Below are positions 19,848 through 30,369 of a DNA stretch of 64,000 nt, in pieces. Every line of letters starts with the position of its first letter. Within the stretch, counting starts at the first letter, position 1. The position numbers and the translations under genes were made by a program. The notes under the pieces are model-generated. The model had not been told where the DNA came from and did not search any database. It was given only the letters and a program-made list of their open reading frames with translations. This stretch comes from Thermoproteota archaeon. Lineage in GTDB: Archaea > Thermoproteota > EX4484-205 > JAAOZP01. The stretch lies in the NCBI GenBank assembly GCA_049700215.1, contig JBNAVT010000008.1, forward strand, positions 860-64,859, read 5' to 3'.

Positions 19848-22800
19848 CTATGCTGCTTTACCCGTATCCTTTTCAACCTGCTTCTTCCATTCTACGTATC
19901 GCAACAGGTCTTCCCTAAGCGTCGTCAGCATTCCTCTGACGCAGAACTTGTGGTCGATCTCCCACTGGCCTGTGGCAGAGTAAGCTAGTGCTCTCAACGT
20001 TTTTCCAGGGTTCTCAGGTATGACTAAGCGTACCCTGAAAGCCGCCACCCTCTCCCCCCTATAGTTCAAAAGAATTTCAATGGCGTTAATCCTACCCTTC
20101 TCCATTAACGGTGTCGCCTCAGTATATACCGGTCCCAAAAGCAGTGGCGGCGGCCTCTTGGTTAGCGAGGAAACGTAATCGACGAAATAGTTCACGTCAT
20201 CAACTATTCTCAAGGGTATTACTGATTCAGCATGATCCTTGAACAGCTTAGCCTCCTCAATCTTCTTGAACATGAACCGGCTGGGCACAACTTTCAGAAT
20301 GACTTTCCTAGCCGGTATAAGGCCTCCCACCAAGGAGGATAATATTGCTACAAGGAAGCTGGCTAGCATTGAGCTGAACACATAGGGCTTCACCAGGCTC
20401 ACGGGGGTTGAGATGTATGCTTGGAGAAACTGGCTTAAAACATATCCTAGGGCTCCTCCTAAAAGACCATAGCTTAGGCCCTCGACGAGTAGCAGGAGGG
20501 AAACATGGCCAGGGCTGGCGCCGAGCGCACTCATGGTTGAGTATTCTCCGTGACGCTCATAAAGTGAGCCTAGTAGCGTTATTACAATCATTAGGGAAGC
20601 GAGCCCCATTAGAATAAGCAGCTCCGGAACGCTGGCGAACTGCTGGAACTCTCCAACTATAAGTAGGCAAGCCGTCTCTCCGCCTGAGCCTAAACCTATT
20701 CTGAAAGACCTGTATGTTTGCGTTGTTATCTGAGCACCCATCATGATTGTGAAGTTCGAGTCTTTCTCGTAACTTGTTTCTACAAGCTTCTTTGAAACAT
20801 CGCTTGGAAAATCACCCTCGAGCAACAGCCTGTAGACTGTTAATGACCCGGGAAAGAGCTCTAAACTAGTTACCACTAAGGGTCCTTCAACCTCATCCAG
20901 CGGGACTCCATCAGTAAGCTTTAAAGGCTCTTCAAGCACCGTGCTCACCCTGGTTTCTACAACATTCCTGCCCATGATGACTATTGAATCACCTTCTTCC
21001 ACGCCCAGTGTCTCGGCCAAATCGGCTGAAACCGCTGTGCCTCTTAGCGTGGAAGCATTAGTGGCCACTAAGAAAGCCCTAGTCCTCCTACCCTCCTTAG
21101 AGACAAGGACCTGAGAGGCTGCAACAATATACGTTTTTTCAACCCCCTCCATGGTGGAGAGCCACCTTACCTGCCAGTCCGGTATGGGCTGGAAAAACTC
21201 GTTGATTAAAACCTCGTTCTGCTGATCCATGCCCCTGAAAATAGATGTGACTGTAGTCACGTGAGAACTGATGCTTAGCCCACGGAATTCCGAGGGATAG
21301 GCTGCCTCCCTTACTGTTGTAAGCGTGCCGATCGCCAGGAGGCTTCCAGAGGCTGCGGAGACAACCGCTATCGTAACTATGGTGAGAATCGTCCGAAATA
21401 TTCTTCTACGCATACTTTTGACAGAATACCAGAAAAGGTCGCTGATAAGCGTCCCCTTGGCTTCCAGCACCATTATGCCCAATACCAGCAGCGTCATGAT
21501 GGCGGTTAACAATGACACGATTATTGATACTGAAGATAGTCGAGAAATAGCTTCAGGGTTAAGAACCGCAACCGCCATCTTGGCCTGCGGAATAAGAATT
21601 ATCTCCACAATAATGAGTATTGCGAACAATCCGATAATTATTAGCCTTCTTCTCTTCTCGATTAATACGCCCGCTATGGATGAAACGAAGAAGGTGAACG
21701 TAATTAGGAAGAGGAACATTGCAATACTGTCGCTCTTGGCTTGGCTTAAGGCGTCAAGCGCGTTCTCCGCCTTGATAATGCTTTTCTCGAGGAACCCGAA
21801 GCCTGTTTCAAAATCGCCTCTTGCTAAAGCAGCCTCACTCTCCCTCAGCAGCATCATGGCGTAGTCGATTTCTTTCAAATATTTTTCAGCGTCGAAACCT
21901 ACTTTAGACAGGAAGTCCCGCTCCTCGGAAGCGAAGGACTCGAGAAAATTCTTCAGATGTTCGACTTCTAAAAACACTATGCTGGTGTTGCTTGTTCTGC
22001 AAGAAATGTTCATCGGTATACCCACTCCTCTTGCTGAAGAGGATACGGTGCCGTACTTGCCCAAGAGTCCGGCTAGCCTACTTTCCGGGTTTAAGAAGGC
22101 AAACAGCATCACGGAGCCTTCTTGAGGAATCGGCACATAGTAATTTTCATCATCCTCCCAACCACCCATTCCCCAAATCCCCCACAGTTCGAAGCCGGCT
22201 GCTTCCCCGCTCGGCGCCTCTTTCCTTATAACGGTGAGACAACCATTACGCAGGTCCTCTCTCTCCGCCTCGGGTATGACGGCATCTCCCTCGGCAAATA
22301 TGGTTACACTACCACCAGATAACGTTAGCACACCGGTAGCGTTAATGAGGAGGCTGCGTCTCCCATAGCCGCGTGGTATTAGTATTGAGGTTGAACCCGG
22401 GTAAGCCTCTCCATATCCAAAGCTCATGTGAATCATGTTAGCGTCCACAGCGGTGTAGACTGCAGCCAGCCTCATTACATAGCTTTCCCCAAGGCTTATT
22501 GGCGTCGAGTAAAGCCTCCCCTGGCTTATCGTAACATAGTTTGAAGTTTCGTTGAACTCTTCCGGATTTTTTGAAACATGAAACACCGCGTTGCCGAGGA
22601 TCACAGTGCCTGAAGTTATGAGGATCGAGCCGTTCGCAACGCTCCCGGCTTTAAGCTCTCCTTCAAAACGAATCTTTACAGGGACTATTATTGAACCGGA
22701 GACAGTAACTACGCCTTTGAAAAAGGTTTCAGAGCTCAGAACAAGCATCACTGTAACTATGCTTAAAATGGTCTTGCAGTGGTCTGGAAGAGTTTTCTTT

Positions 22801-22901
22801 TCCACTCTAAAGCCCCACTTCGTAAGAAAAGGATATAAGCTTTTTATGAAGCATTGATGTTCGTCGGTGCTGCACATTGTTGTGTCCGGCGCAGCAGGCA
22901 T
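19848..22901 (-). CDS. large membrane protein with FtsX-like (MacB-type) ABC permease domain and long extracellular region
   Basis: The region near the protein C-terminus (GLGSGGETACLL...LMGLASLMIVITLLGSLYERHGEYSTMSALGASPGH...) matches the FtsX/MacB permease four-helix module. Multiple TM segments. The true start is possibly internal. Confidence 0.55.
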   Translation of the reverse strand: MPAAPDTTMCSTDEHQCFIKSLYPFLTKWGFRVEKKTLPDHCKTILSIVTVMLVLSSETFFKGVVTVSGSIIVPVKIRFEGELKAGSVANGSILITSGTVILGNAVFHVSKNPEEFNETSNYVTISQGRLYSTPISLGESYVMRLAAVYTAVDANMIHMSFGYGEAYPGSTSILIPRGYGRRSLLINATGVLTLSGGSVTIFAEGDAVIPEAEREDLRNGCLTVIRKEAPSGEAAGFELWGIWGMGGWEDDENYYVPIPQEGSVMLFAFLNPESRLAGLLGKYGTVSSSARGVGIPMNISCRTSNTSIVFLEVEHLKNFLESFASEERDFLSKVGFDAEKYLKEIDYAMMLLRESEAALARGDFETGFGFLEKSIIKAENALDALSQAKSDSIAMFLFLITFTFFVSSIAGVLIEKRRRLIIIGLFAILIIVEIILIPQAKMAVAVLNPEAISRLSSVSIIVSLLTAIMTLLVLGIMVLEAKGTLISDLFWYSVKSMRRRIFRTILTIVTIAVVSAASGSLLAIGTLTTVREAAYPSEFRGLSISSHVTTVTSIFRGMDQQNEVLINEFFQPIPDWQVRWLSTMEGVEKTYIVAASQVLVSKEGRRTRAFLVATNASTLRGTAVSADLAETLGVEEGDSIVIMGRNVVETRVSTVLEEPLKLTDGVPLDEVEGPLVVTSLELFPGSLTVYRLLLEGDFPSDVSKKLVETSYEKDSNFTIMMGAQITTQTYRSFRIGLGSGGETACLLIVGEFQQFASVPELLILMGLASLMIVITLLGSLYERHGEYSTMSALGASPGHVSLLLLVEGLSYGLLGGALGYVLSQFLQAYISTPVSLVKPYVFSSMLASFLVAILSSLVGGLIPARKVILKVVPSRFMFKKIEEAKLFKDHAESVIPLRIVDDVNYFVDYVSSLTKRPPPLLLGPVYTEATPLMEKGRINAIEILLNYRGERVAAFRVRLVIPENPGKTLRALAYSATGQWEIDHKFCVRGMLTTLREDLLRYVEWKKQVEKDTGKAA

Positions 22902-23045
22902 GATTGAAAAACTCTTCGCATTTCAAGCCAGCTCTCTAAGCAATAATTCTAGCATCGGCTAGCCGTGTTGCCGCTTAAGAGGAATGTTTAACATTTACGT
23001 GTAAAAAATGACGTTCTCAACCTCCTCCTTTTTGTAAAAATTTAA

Positions 23046-24362
23046 ATGCTCCCCCTCCTAATCGGCTTTCGAGCCAAGATGAGCCTGTCCAAGTTTGGCG
23101 GGACGACGATTCTTCTGCTAGCAATCTTCCTCATAATAGGACTGGCTGCAGGATACTTCGTGGGTGGTGCAGGTAAAGTTCCCGAGTCGCAGTACAAAGA
23201 GCTTCAGACATCGTACAACCAGCTTCAGACGCTGTACAACCAGCTTCAGCAAAACGTCAGCTCGCTCGCCAGGAAGCTTAAAGCAGGATTCATATATGTG
23301 GGTCCAGTGGAAGACTTCGGCTGGACTGCTGCACACCATCAGGCTAAGCTGTATGTTGAAAAACTCTTCCCGTGGCTTGAGACTGTTTACGTAGAGTCTG
23401 TCCCTGAGGCTGAGGCTGCGAGGTATATCGAGAGGCTTGTTACTGAGGAGAATGTTGACGTGGTTTTCACAACAAGCTTCGGATTCATGGATCCGACTAT
23501 AGAGGTTGCTCAGAAATATCCTAACAAAATGTTCTTCCACTGCAGTGGTTTCAAAAGAGCCCCTAACTCTGGAACATACTTTGCGGACTTCTATCAGGTT
23601 TATTATCTGAACGGGTTGATGGCTGGCGCCCTGACTAAGAGCAACAAGGTTGGCTACGTGGCAGCCTACCCGATACCGGAAGTCCTCAGACACATCAACG
23701 CGTTCGCACTGGGTGTTAAGGAGGCTAATCCTGAGGCAAAGGTCTACGTGAGATGGCTATTCGCATGGTATGATCCGACTCACGCTAGGGAGGCTGCTCA
23801 GGCACTTGTGAGCATTGGCGTCGATACAATCGCCTTCACAGAGGACTCCACAGCCATAGTTGAGTTCGCTCAGGAACAGTACCGGCAGGGGAAGACGCTT
23901 TATGTTTTCTCTCACTACAGCCCGATGCAGGATGTTGGTCCCGATGTCGTTGTAAGCGGTCAGATAGTCCACTGGGAGGTTATTTACGCCGACATACTTA
24001 TGAAGATCAGGCTGGGTATATACAATAATACTAACCTAGCTAATGTCGACTACCTTTGGCTGCTCAAGGAGGGTGCGGTGGAACTCGGGGGCAAGCCTGG
24101 AGTACCGATAAACCCGAAGTTCGTCAGCGAGTTGAAGAGTAAGTATCTGCCTGGTCAATCAGTAAGCGTGTACGACGCTGTTATGACTAGGCTTACGTTG
24201 ATGAAGGACGCTAACGTGCCTTTCGACCCGTTCACCGGTCCGATTAGAGACCAGGCTGGGAACGTTAAGATTCCAGCGGGCCAGAGGGCGACTATAGCTC
24301 AGCTCTTCACAGAAGAGATGAACTGGTTCCTGGACAACATAATAGGATCGCCGTCAGGATGA
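23046..24362 (+). CDS. BMP-family ABC transporter substrate-binding protein (nucleoside/purine-binding lipoprotein-like) with N-terminal TM helix and coiled-coil
   Basis: VGYVAAYPIPEVLRHINAFALGVKEANPEAKVYVRWL is typical of the Bmp/PnrA family. N-terminal anchor plus the QYKELQTSYNQLQTLYNQLQ repeat. Confidence 0.8.
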   Translation: MLPLLIGFRAKMSLSKFGGTTILLLAIFLIIGLAAGYFVGGAGKVPESQYKELQTSYNQLQTLYNQLQQNVSSLARKLKAGFIYVGPVEDFGWTAAHHQAKLYVEKLFPWLETVYVESVPEAEAARYIERLVTEENVDVVFTTSFGFMDPTIEVAQKYPNKMFFHCSGFKRAPNSGTYFADFYQVYYLNGLMAGALTKSNKVGYVAAYPIPEVLRHINAFALGVKEANPEAKVYVRWLFAWYDPTHAREAAQALVSIGVDTIAFTEDSTAIVEFAQEQYRQGKTLYVFSHYSPMQDVGPDVVVSGQIVHWEVIYADILMKIRLGIYNNTNLANVDYLWLLKEGAVELGGKPGVPINPKFVSELKSKYLPGQSVSVYDAVMTRLTLMKDANVPFDPFTGPIRDQAGNVKIPAGQRATIAQLFTEEMNWFLDNIIGSPSG

Positions 24363-24415
24363 TTCGAGAAACGTTTCTTCACCTGTTTTTTTTCTCCAAA
24401 GGATGTTGACAAGGC

Positions 24416-25930
24416 TTGGCGAATAATTCTAATTATCTTGTTGAAATGCGGGGGATTGTTAAACGGTTCCCCACGGTTGTCGCGCTGGATAATGTTGATT
24501 TCCGGGTTAGGCAGGGTGAAATACATGCTCTTCTAGGCGAGAACGGTGCTGGTAAAACAACCCTGATGAGAATACTCTACGGCATGTATAAGCCTGACGC
24601 TGGGGAGATAATTGTAGAGGGCCGTAGGGTAAGCATAGGTTCGCCAAGGGATGCGCTGAAAATGGGGATAGGAATGGTTCACCAGCATTTCATGCTTGTG
24701 GATAAGCTTACTGTTTTGGAGAACATTGCGCTGTTTGTCGAGGACAGCTTAAGAACGGGTTTTGACAGGATTAGGAGTGGAGTGGAGGAGCTTTCTAAGA
24801 CGTATGGTTTAAAGATTGATCTAGATGCGAAAATCTGGCAGCTTTCAGCAGGGGAGCAGCAGAAGGTTGAAATAGTGAAAACGCTCTACAGGAATGTTAA
24901 ACTCCTTATCCTGGACGAGCCTACTTCAGTCTTGACACCTGCCGAGTCAGAGGAGCTTTTCAAATCTTTAAGGAGGATGGTTGAGACAGGCAAGTCAATC
25001 ATCCTGATAACACATAGGCTTAACGAGGCGCTTACGGCCAGCGATTCTATAACTGTTCTGAGGAAGGGAAGAGTTGTGGCGGCTGAAGTTAAGCCACGTG
25101 AGGCGAGCAGGCTTGACCTAGTTAACATGATAGTCGGCAGGCCTTTGGAGTTCAGGCCTAGGGTTGGCGATTTTAAGAAAGGCGGCAAGCCTGTTTTAGA
25201 AGTTGAGAATCTAAGGGTTTTGGATGACAGGGGGCTCGTAGCAGTTAAGGATATCTCCTTCGTTCTGAAAGAAGGCGAGATCCTGGGTGTAGCGGGGGTT
25301 GCGGGGAATGGTCAGAGGGAGCTTGTCGAAGCCCTCACGGGTCTGAGGAGAGTTGAAAAAGGAATTGTGAAAATAATGGGGGTGGATGTTACGAATGCTT
25401 CTCCTAAGAATATTATCCGACTGGGTGTTGCCCACATCCCTGAGGACAGGTTTAGGTATGGTGTTGCACCTGATCTTAGTGTTGCGGAGAACATGGTTAT
25501 GAAGCTCTACGGGGAAAAGTTTTCAAGGAAATTATTTATGGATAGTGAGGCGATTCAAAGGGAGACGGAGAAGCTTGTTCAGGAGTTTGAGATAGTTGCG
25601 CCGGGCGTGAATGCTCCAGTAAGCCTCCTCTCAGGCGGGAACATTCAGAAGCTGATAGTGGCGAGAGAGCTTTCAATAAATCCCAAGATACTTGTCGCGA
25701 GCAACCCTACTTCAGGCCTGGATGTTGCTTCCACGAACTATGTGCACTGGGTTTTCCACAGGCTTAGGGAAGCTGGGGGCAGTGTCCTCCTTGTTTCCGA
25801 AGACCTGGATGAGGTTTTAGCTTTGAGCAACAGGATACTTGTGATGAAGGAGGGTAGAATAGTTAGAGAATTTGGGGAGGGGGCTTCGATCAGCGAAGTC
25901 GGGCTTGCGATGACGTTGGGAGCGGCGTAG
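24416..25930 (+). CDS. ABC transporter ATP-binding protein (duplicated ATPase domains)
   Basis: Two Walker A (GENGAGKTT; GVAGNGQRE-type) modules and ABC signature LSAGEQQKV / LSGGNIQKL. Confidence 0.85.
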   Translation: MANNSNYLVEMRGIVKRFPTVVALDNVDFRVRQGEIHALLGENGAGKTTLMRILYGMYKPDAGEIIVEGRRVSIGSPRDALKMGIGMVHQHFMLVDKLTVLENIALFVEDSLRTGFDRIRSGVEELSKTYGLKIDLDAKIWQLSAGEQQKVEIVKTLYRNVKLLILDEPTSVLTPAESEELFKSLRRMVETGKSIILITHRLNEALTASDSITVLRKGRVVAAEVKPREASRLDLVNMIVGRPLEFRPRVGDFKKGGKPVLEVENLRVLDDRGLVAVKDISFVLKEGEILGVAGVAGNGQRELVEALTGLRRVEKGIVKIMGVDVTNASPKNIIRLGVAHIPEDRFRYGVAPDLSVAENMVMKLYGEKFSRKLFMDSEAIQRETEKLVQEFEIVAPGVNAPVSLLSGGNIQKLIVARELSINPKILVASNPTSGLDVASTNYVHWVFHRLREAGGSVLLVSEDLDEVLALSNRILVMKEGRIVREFGEGASISEVGLAMTLGAA

Positions 25931-25982
25931 CCATGAACAGTGGAAGTATTAAAATACGCACGTTGAAGCGGCGGTGTGAAGA

Positions 25983-27059
25983 TTGGAGATAGGGCTGGAG
26001 AGAAGGCCAACCGTATCTAGGAGGATAAACATATTCGTCAGAATACTCGCCATCCTGCTTTCACTACCGTTTATAGGCCTCTTATTCGCTGCTTACGGTG
26101 TGAACCCGGTTGACGCCTATCTAAGGATCTTCACAGGAGGCTTTGGAAGCCCCTACGGTTTCTCAGAGACGATCGTGAAGACACTGCCAATAGGGTTATG
26201 CGCCGTCGGGCTCACCTTCGCCTATAGGGCGCGGGTGTCAAACATAGGCGCCGAGGGGCAGCTGATAATGGGCTCCATGGCTGCAACATGGGTCGCACTG
26301 TACTCCGGTCTTCCGCAGAGCGTAATCATTATTGCGATGCTGCTTACAGGCTTTACAGTCGGGGCTGCATGGGCATTGCTGCCGGCTGTGTTGAAATCAT
26401 GGCTCAACATTAATGAAGTCATAGTAACCCTCATGATGAACTACATATCGTTAAAGCTGCTGGACTACGTGGTGACTGGCCCATGGAGAGGGTTAACTCA
26501 ATGGGGTTTTCCCCAGACTGATCCTTTCCCCAGCTACGCTAGGTTCCCCACCATAGGGGGAACCAGGATACACTACTATACTCTTGCGTTGCTCTCTGCT
26601 TCAACACTTATCCTATACGTGTTGATGAAGAGGACGAAGATCGGATATGAGATCAGGGTCGTGGGGAGTAATCCGGAGGCAGCTAAGTATGCTGGGATAA
26701 GCGTGAGCAGGAATACTCTGCTAGTCATGCTGGTCAGCGGGGGGCTCGCTGGGATTGCTGGGGTCGGGGAAGTCGCCGGCATACATGGGCGCCTCATAAG
26801 GGGAATATCCCCTGGATACGGTTATACTGCTATAATCCCGGCTTGGCTCGGTGGGCTTGATCCTCTTGGAACCCTTGTAGCGTCATTCTTCATAAGCGGC
26901 TTGATGGTTGGGGGTGACGCGATACAGGTTTCCCTCAGGTTGCCGTCCAGCCTTGTATACGTGTTCAACGGTGTGATTCTCCTCTTCATCATCAGCAGCG
27001 AGATCCTGGCTAGGTACAGGATAGTGTTTAAAATAGGTGGTAGAAGAATATGGATATAG
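25983..27059 (+). CDS. ABC transporter permease (BMP-system)
   Basis: Polytopic membrane protein immediately downstream of the ATPase; BPD-transport-like. Confidence 0.75.
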   Translation: MEIGLERRPTVSRRINIFVRILAILLSLPFIGLLFAAYGVNPVDAYLRIFTGGFGSPYGFSETIVKTLPIGLCAVGLTFAYRARVSNIGAEGQLIMGSMAATWVALYSGLPQSVIIIAMLLTGFTVGAAWALLPAVLKSWLNINEVIVTLMMNYISLKLLDYVVTGPWRGLTQWGFPQTDPFPSYARFPTIGGTRIHYYTLALLSASTLILYVLMKRTKIGYEIRVVGSNPEAAKYAGISVSRNTLLVMLVSGGLAGIAGVGEVAGIHGRLIRGISPGYGYTAIIPAWLGGLDPLGTLVASFFISGLMVGGDAIQVSLRLPSSLVYVFNGVILLFIISSEILARYRIVFKIGGRRIWI

Positions 27060-27964
27060 CTGCCTCAATACTGGCTGAAGCCGTTAGAGCCGGGACGCCG
27101 CTAATGCTCGCGACCCTGGGAGAAATATATTGTGAAAGATCCGGAGTTTTAAACCTTGGGCTTGACGGTGTGATGACGATGGGAGCCCTAGCGGGCTTCG
27201 CCGCAACATGGCTCACAGGGTCAGTCTGGATTGGCCTGGCTGTGGCAATGCTTGTCGGAGGCCTATTCTCTCTAATACACGCGTTCACAAGCATAAGTCT
27301 CGGAGTCAACCAGACTGTTTCAGGCTTGGCTCTCGCAATGCTCGGCACAGGGGTCAGCAGCCTCTTGGGGGCAAAATACGTGGGGCAGCCCCTTAGAGAC
27401 AGTCTTCCAACCCTCCAAATACCAGTTTTGACGGAAATACCTTTGGCAGGCGGCCTCTTCTGCCATGACCCGGTTGTATACTTGGGAATAGTTCTTTCAA
27501 TATTAATGTGGCTTATCCTTTTTAAAACAAGGCTTGGAATAACAGTGAGAGCCGTGGGGGAGAAGCCTGAGGCTGCAGATGCTGCAGGAGTCAACGTATA
27601 CCTGGTAAGATACTTATGTGTTTTTCTAGGCGGGGTACTTGGGGGTCTCGGCGGCGCTTACGTAACCCTCTCCTATACTCCGGGCTGGAGAGAGGGCGTT
27701 ATGATGGGCAGAGGATGGATAGCCCTAGCACTCACGATATTCTCCCTGTGGAACCCTCTTGGAAGCTTGATCGGAGCATACCTTTTCGGAGGTGTTGAAG
27801 TCCTCCAGTTTCACCTTCAGGAATACGGGGTTCCGGCAAGCCTGCTCGGAACGCTCCCGTATGTTTCTACAATCATAGTGCTGGTCGCCAGCTCACTAGG
27901 CTTGTTGAGAAAAAGACTCGGCGCACCCGCGGCTCTGGGCACACCGTATAGAAGGGAAGGCTAA
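27050..27964 (+). CDS. ABC transporter permease (BMP-system, second subunit)
   Basis: Polytopic membrane protein overlapping the previous gene by 10 nt. Confidence 0.75.
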   Translation: MDIAASILAEAVRAGTPLMLATLGEIYCERSGVLNLGLDGVMTMGALAGFAATWLTGSVWIGLAVAMLVGGLFSLIHAFTSISLGVNQTVSGLALAMLGTGVSSLLGAKYVGQPLRDSLPTLQIPVLTEIPLAGGLFCHDPVVYLGIVLSILMWLILFKTRLGITVRAVGEKPEAADAAGVNVYLVRYLCVFLGGVLGGLGGAYVTLSYTPGWREGVMMGRGWIALALTIFSLWNPLGSLIGAYLFGGVEVLQFHLQEYGVPASLLGTLPYVSTIIVLVASSLGLLRKRLGAPAALGTPYRREG

Positions 27965-27993
27965 AGTCTCCACACCCTTTCTGAAAGCAGCAT

Positions 27994-29067
27994 GTGAAAG
28001 CAGGTTTACACTCAAAAGCTTTATTATGGTTCCGATACTGTTTTTTCTCCATGAGGAAGGTTAGAATAGGAATTGTTGGAGTCGGAATCCAGGGTGAGCA
28101 ACAGTTAAAATCGTTAAAAACAATAGAGCACGCCGAGGTTCTCGCAGTCGCAGACCTGAATGGGAAAAGGGCTAGGGAAATTGGGGAAAAATACGGTGTT
28201 CCAAGAATATACGCTGATTTTCAAGACCTTGCTAGGGATCCCGATATTGAAGCGGTTTCCGTCTGCACGCCAGACCACCTGCACACGGAGCCTGCGCTCA
28301 CAGCTCTCGAGAACAATAAGCATCTGCTCGTGGAGAAGCCTCTTGCGACAAACGTGGCTGACGCGCAGAAGATAGTTGAAGAAGCGGGTAGACGCAGCCT
28401 CAAGCTTATGGTTAACTTCAGCAACAGGTGGAGCCCTCCCTTCCGGCTGGCTAAGGACGCGATAGAGGCAGGTGAGATTGGTAGAATCGTCAATGCTTAC
28501 ACGCGTCTAAGCGACACAATATATGTTCCAACCGAAATGATAAAATGGTCGGATAGGACGAGTGTTCTCTGGTTTCTCGGAAGCCATGTTTTCGACCTGC
28601 TGAGATGGCTGTTCCAGAATGAGGCTAAAAGAGTCTTCGGAGTTTCAAGATCCGTCGTGCTGAACTCGAGGGGAATTCAGACCCCGGACTTCTACCAGGC
28701 TATAATCGAGTTTCAAAATGGAGTCACAGCCGTGATGGAGAACAGCTGGATTCTCCCCAGGGGCGAACCATTCATAGTGGATTTTAAAATGGAGATTTTC
28801 GGGGAAAAAGGGGCAATTAGAATAGATAGGACTCATCACGGCAGCGTAAGGATTGTGAACGAGCAGAGGATGAGTTTTCCCGACGTGTACGTCCTACCCA
28901 CTGAAAACGTCAGCGTGTTCCTGAGAGCCGGGTTAGAATGCTTCGTAGACTGCTTGATTCACGACTCGAAGCCACCTGTGACTGGAGAAGACGGTCTTAT
29001 CGTGACTAAAGTCATAAGCGCTATTATTAGGTCGAGCGAAACAGGCGTGCCTGTTGAAATCGGCTGA
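27994..29067 (+). CDS. Gfo/Idh/MocA family NAD(P)-dependent oxidoreductase
   Basis: N-terminal Rossmann VRIGIVGVGIQG and EKPLATN motif typical of the family. Confidence 0.75.
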   Translation: MKAGLHSKALLWFRYCFFSMRKVRIGIVGVGIQGEQQLKSLKTIEHAEVLAVADLNGKRAREIGEKYGVPRIYADFQDLARDPDIEAVSVCTPDHLHTEPALTALENNKHLLVEKPLATNVADAQKIVEEAGRRSLKLMVNFSNRWSPPFRLAKDAIEAGEIGRIVNAYTRLSDTIYVPTEMIKWSDRTSVLWFLGSHVFDLLRWLFQNEAKRVFGVSRSVVLNSRGIQTPDFYQAIIEFQNGVTAVMENSWILPRGEPFIVDFKMEIFGEKGAIRIDRTHHGSVRIVNEQRMSFPDVYVLPTENVSVFLRAGLECFVDCLIHDSKPPVTGEDGLIVTKVISAIIRSSETGVPVEIG

Positions 29068-29204
29068 ACAAGACTGAATGTTTTCCTCTTCCTTCTAAGT
29101 ATGGGAAGATTAGAATCCCAGATGGCTCAAACTTGGAAAGGTTTGCATCCCAGATTTAAACCCGTCTTAAAGATTAAATTCCAAGATGCTTATAAAAACT
29201 AAGG

Positions 29205-30290
29205 ATGAACCCGAGGGAAAGGTGTATTAAATCCATCGAGTTCGAGGAAATAGATCGGGTGCCCACCGTCTTTAGGGCGAGGCCGGAGGTAATTTCACTG
29301 CTTGAGAAACACCTTAACGTAGAGGGGTTCGACAGCATCTGCTCTAAACTCGACGTGGATGTTAGGTTTGCTCCAGCAATCGGCTTAACCGGTGGCTACG
29401 TTCCCGAGGGAGTAGAAGTCAAGGAGGGGCCGTATGAGGCTGCTTACACGATTGGGTGGAGTGGCGAGTATGAGCTTAGGAAAGACAGGTGGGGGATAAT
29501 AAGCAAGTGGTCGAGTAAAACCTATACTTATCAGTATGTTGATCATCCTCTTAGAACCATAGATGCTGAAGACTATGTCTTGCCTGAAGTTAATGAAGAA
29601 TGCTTCGGGCTTGTGAAAAAATACAGGGCGGGAAATGAAAATTTCTGCGTCTACGGCGGCGTGATACACCTTTTTGAAATCGCGTGGCAGCTGACAGGCT
29701 TCAACGAGCTCATGGTGATGATGAGGAGGAACGATCCTAGGGTGGGGAAAATTCTCGACATGCTTAACGATATACGTTTGAAACAGGCTAAAATGCTGCT
29801 GGAGGCTGATGTCGACGTTATTTACGATGGTGACGATGTGGGTGCGCAGAACACCATGATAATATCTCCAGCCCTGTGGCGAATATTTCTCAAGCCTAGG
29901 TACAAGCTCCTCTCAGACTTGATTCATTCTAAGGGTAAGTATTTCTTCTTTCACAGCGACGGCTGGATTGAGCCCATAATTCGCGACTTGATTGAAATAG
30001 GTGTTGACGTGCTCAACCCGGTTCAACCGGAAGCCATGGATCCTGTTAGGGTAAGAGAGCTATGCGGGAGCAGGATGGCTTTTGAAGGCACGCTTTCTAT
30101 TCAAAGAACGCTTCCGTTTGGGAGCGTTGAGGACGTGAGAAAAGAGGTTGGGAGAAGAATTAGGGAACTCGGGTCAACCGGGCTGATCATCGGCCCCTCG
30201 CACTCCCTGCAGCCGGACACTCCGTTAGAGAACATTCTTGCAATCTATGACGCTGTGAAACAAGAATCATTAAAGCGGCTCAACTGCTAA
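29205..30290 (+). CDS. uroporphyrinogen decarboxylase (URO-D)-family protein
   Basis: The N-terminal pattern CIKSIEFEEIDRVPTVF and overall length are typical of the URO-D/MtaA-like TIM-barrel family. Confidence 0.5.
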   Translation: MNPRERCIKSIEFEEIDRVPTVFRARPEVISLLEKHLNVEGFDSICSKLDVDVRFAPAIGLTGGYVPEGVEVKEGPYEAAYTIGWSGEYELRKDRWGIISKWSSKTYTYQYVDHPLRTIDAEDYVLPEVNEECFGLVKKYRAGNENFCVYGGVIHLFEIAWQLTGFNELMVMMRRNDPRVGKILDMLNDIRLKQAKMLLEADVDVIYDGDDVGAQNTMIISPALWRIFLKPRYKLLSDLIHSKGKYFFFHSDGWIEPIIRDLIEIGVDVLNPVQPEAMDPVRVRELCGSRMAFEGTLSIQRTLPFGSVEDVRKEVGRRIRELGSTGLIIGPSHSLQPDTPLENILAIYDAVKQESLKRLNC

Positions 30291-30369
30291 GGCTTTTGGC
30301 TAAACGTGTTCAACCACCCCCTTGTTTGAAGCAGCACCGGGTTTCAAAGTGATTACCGGTAAGCTTTAA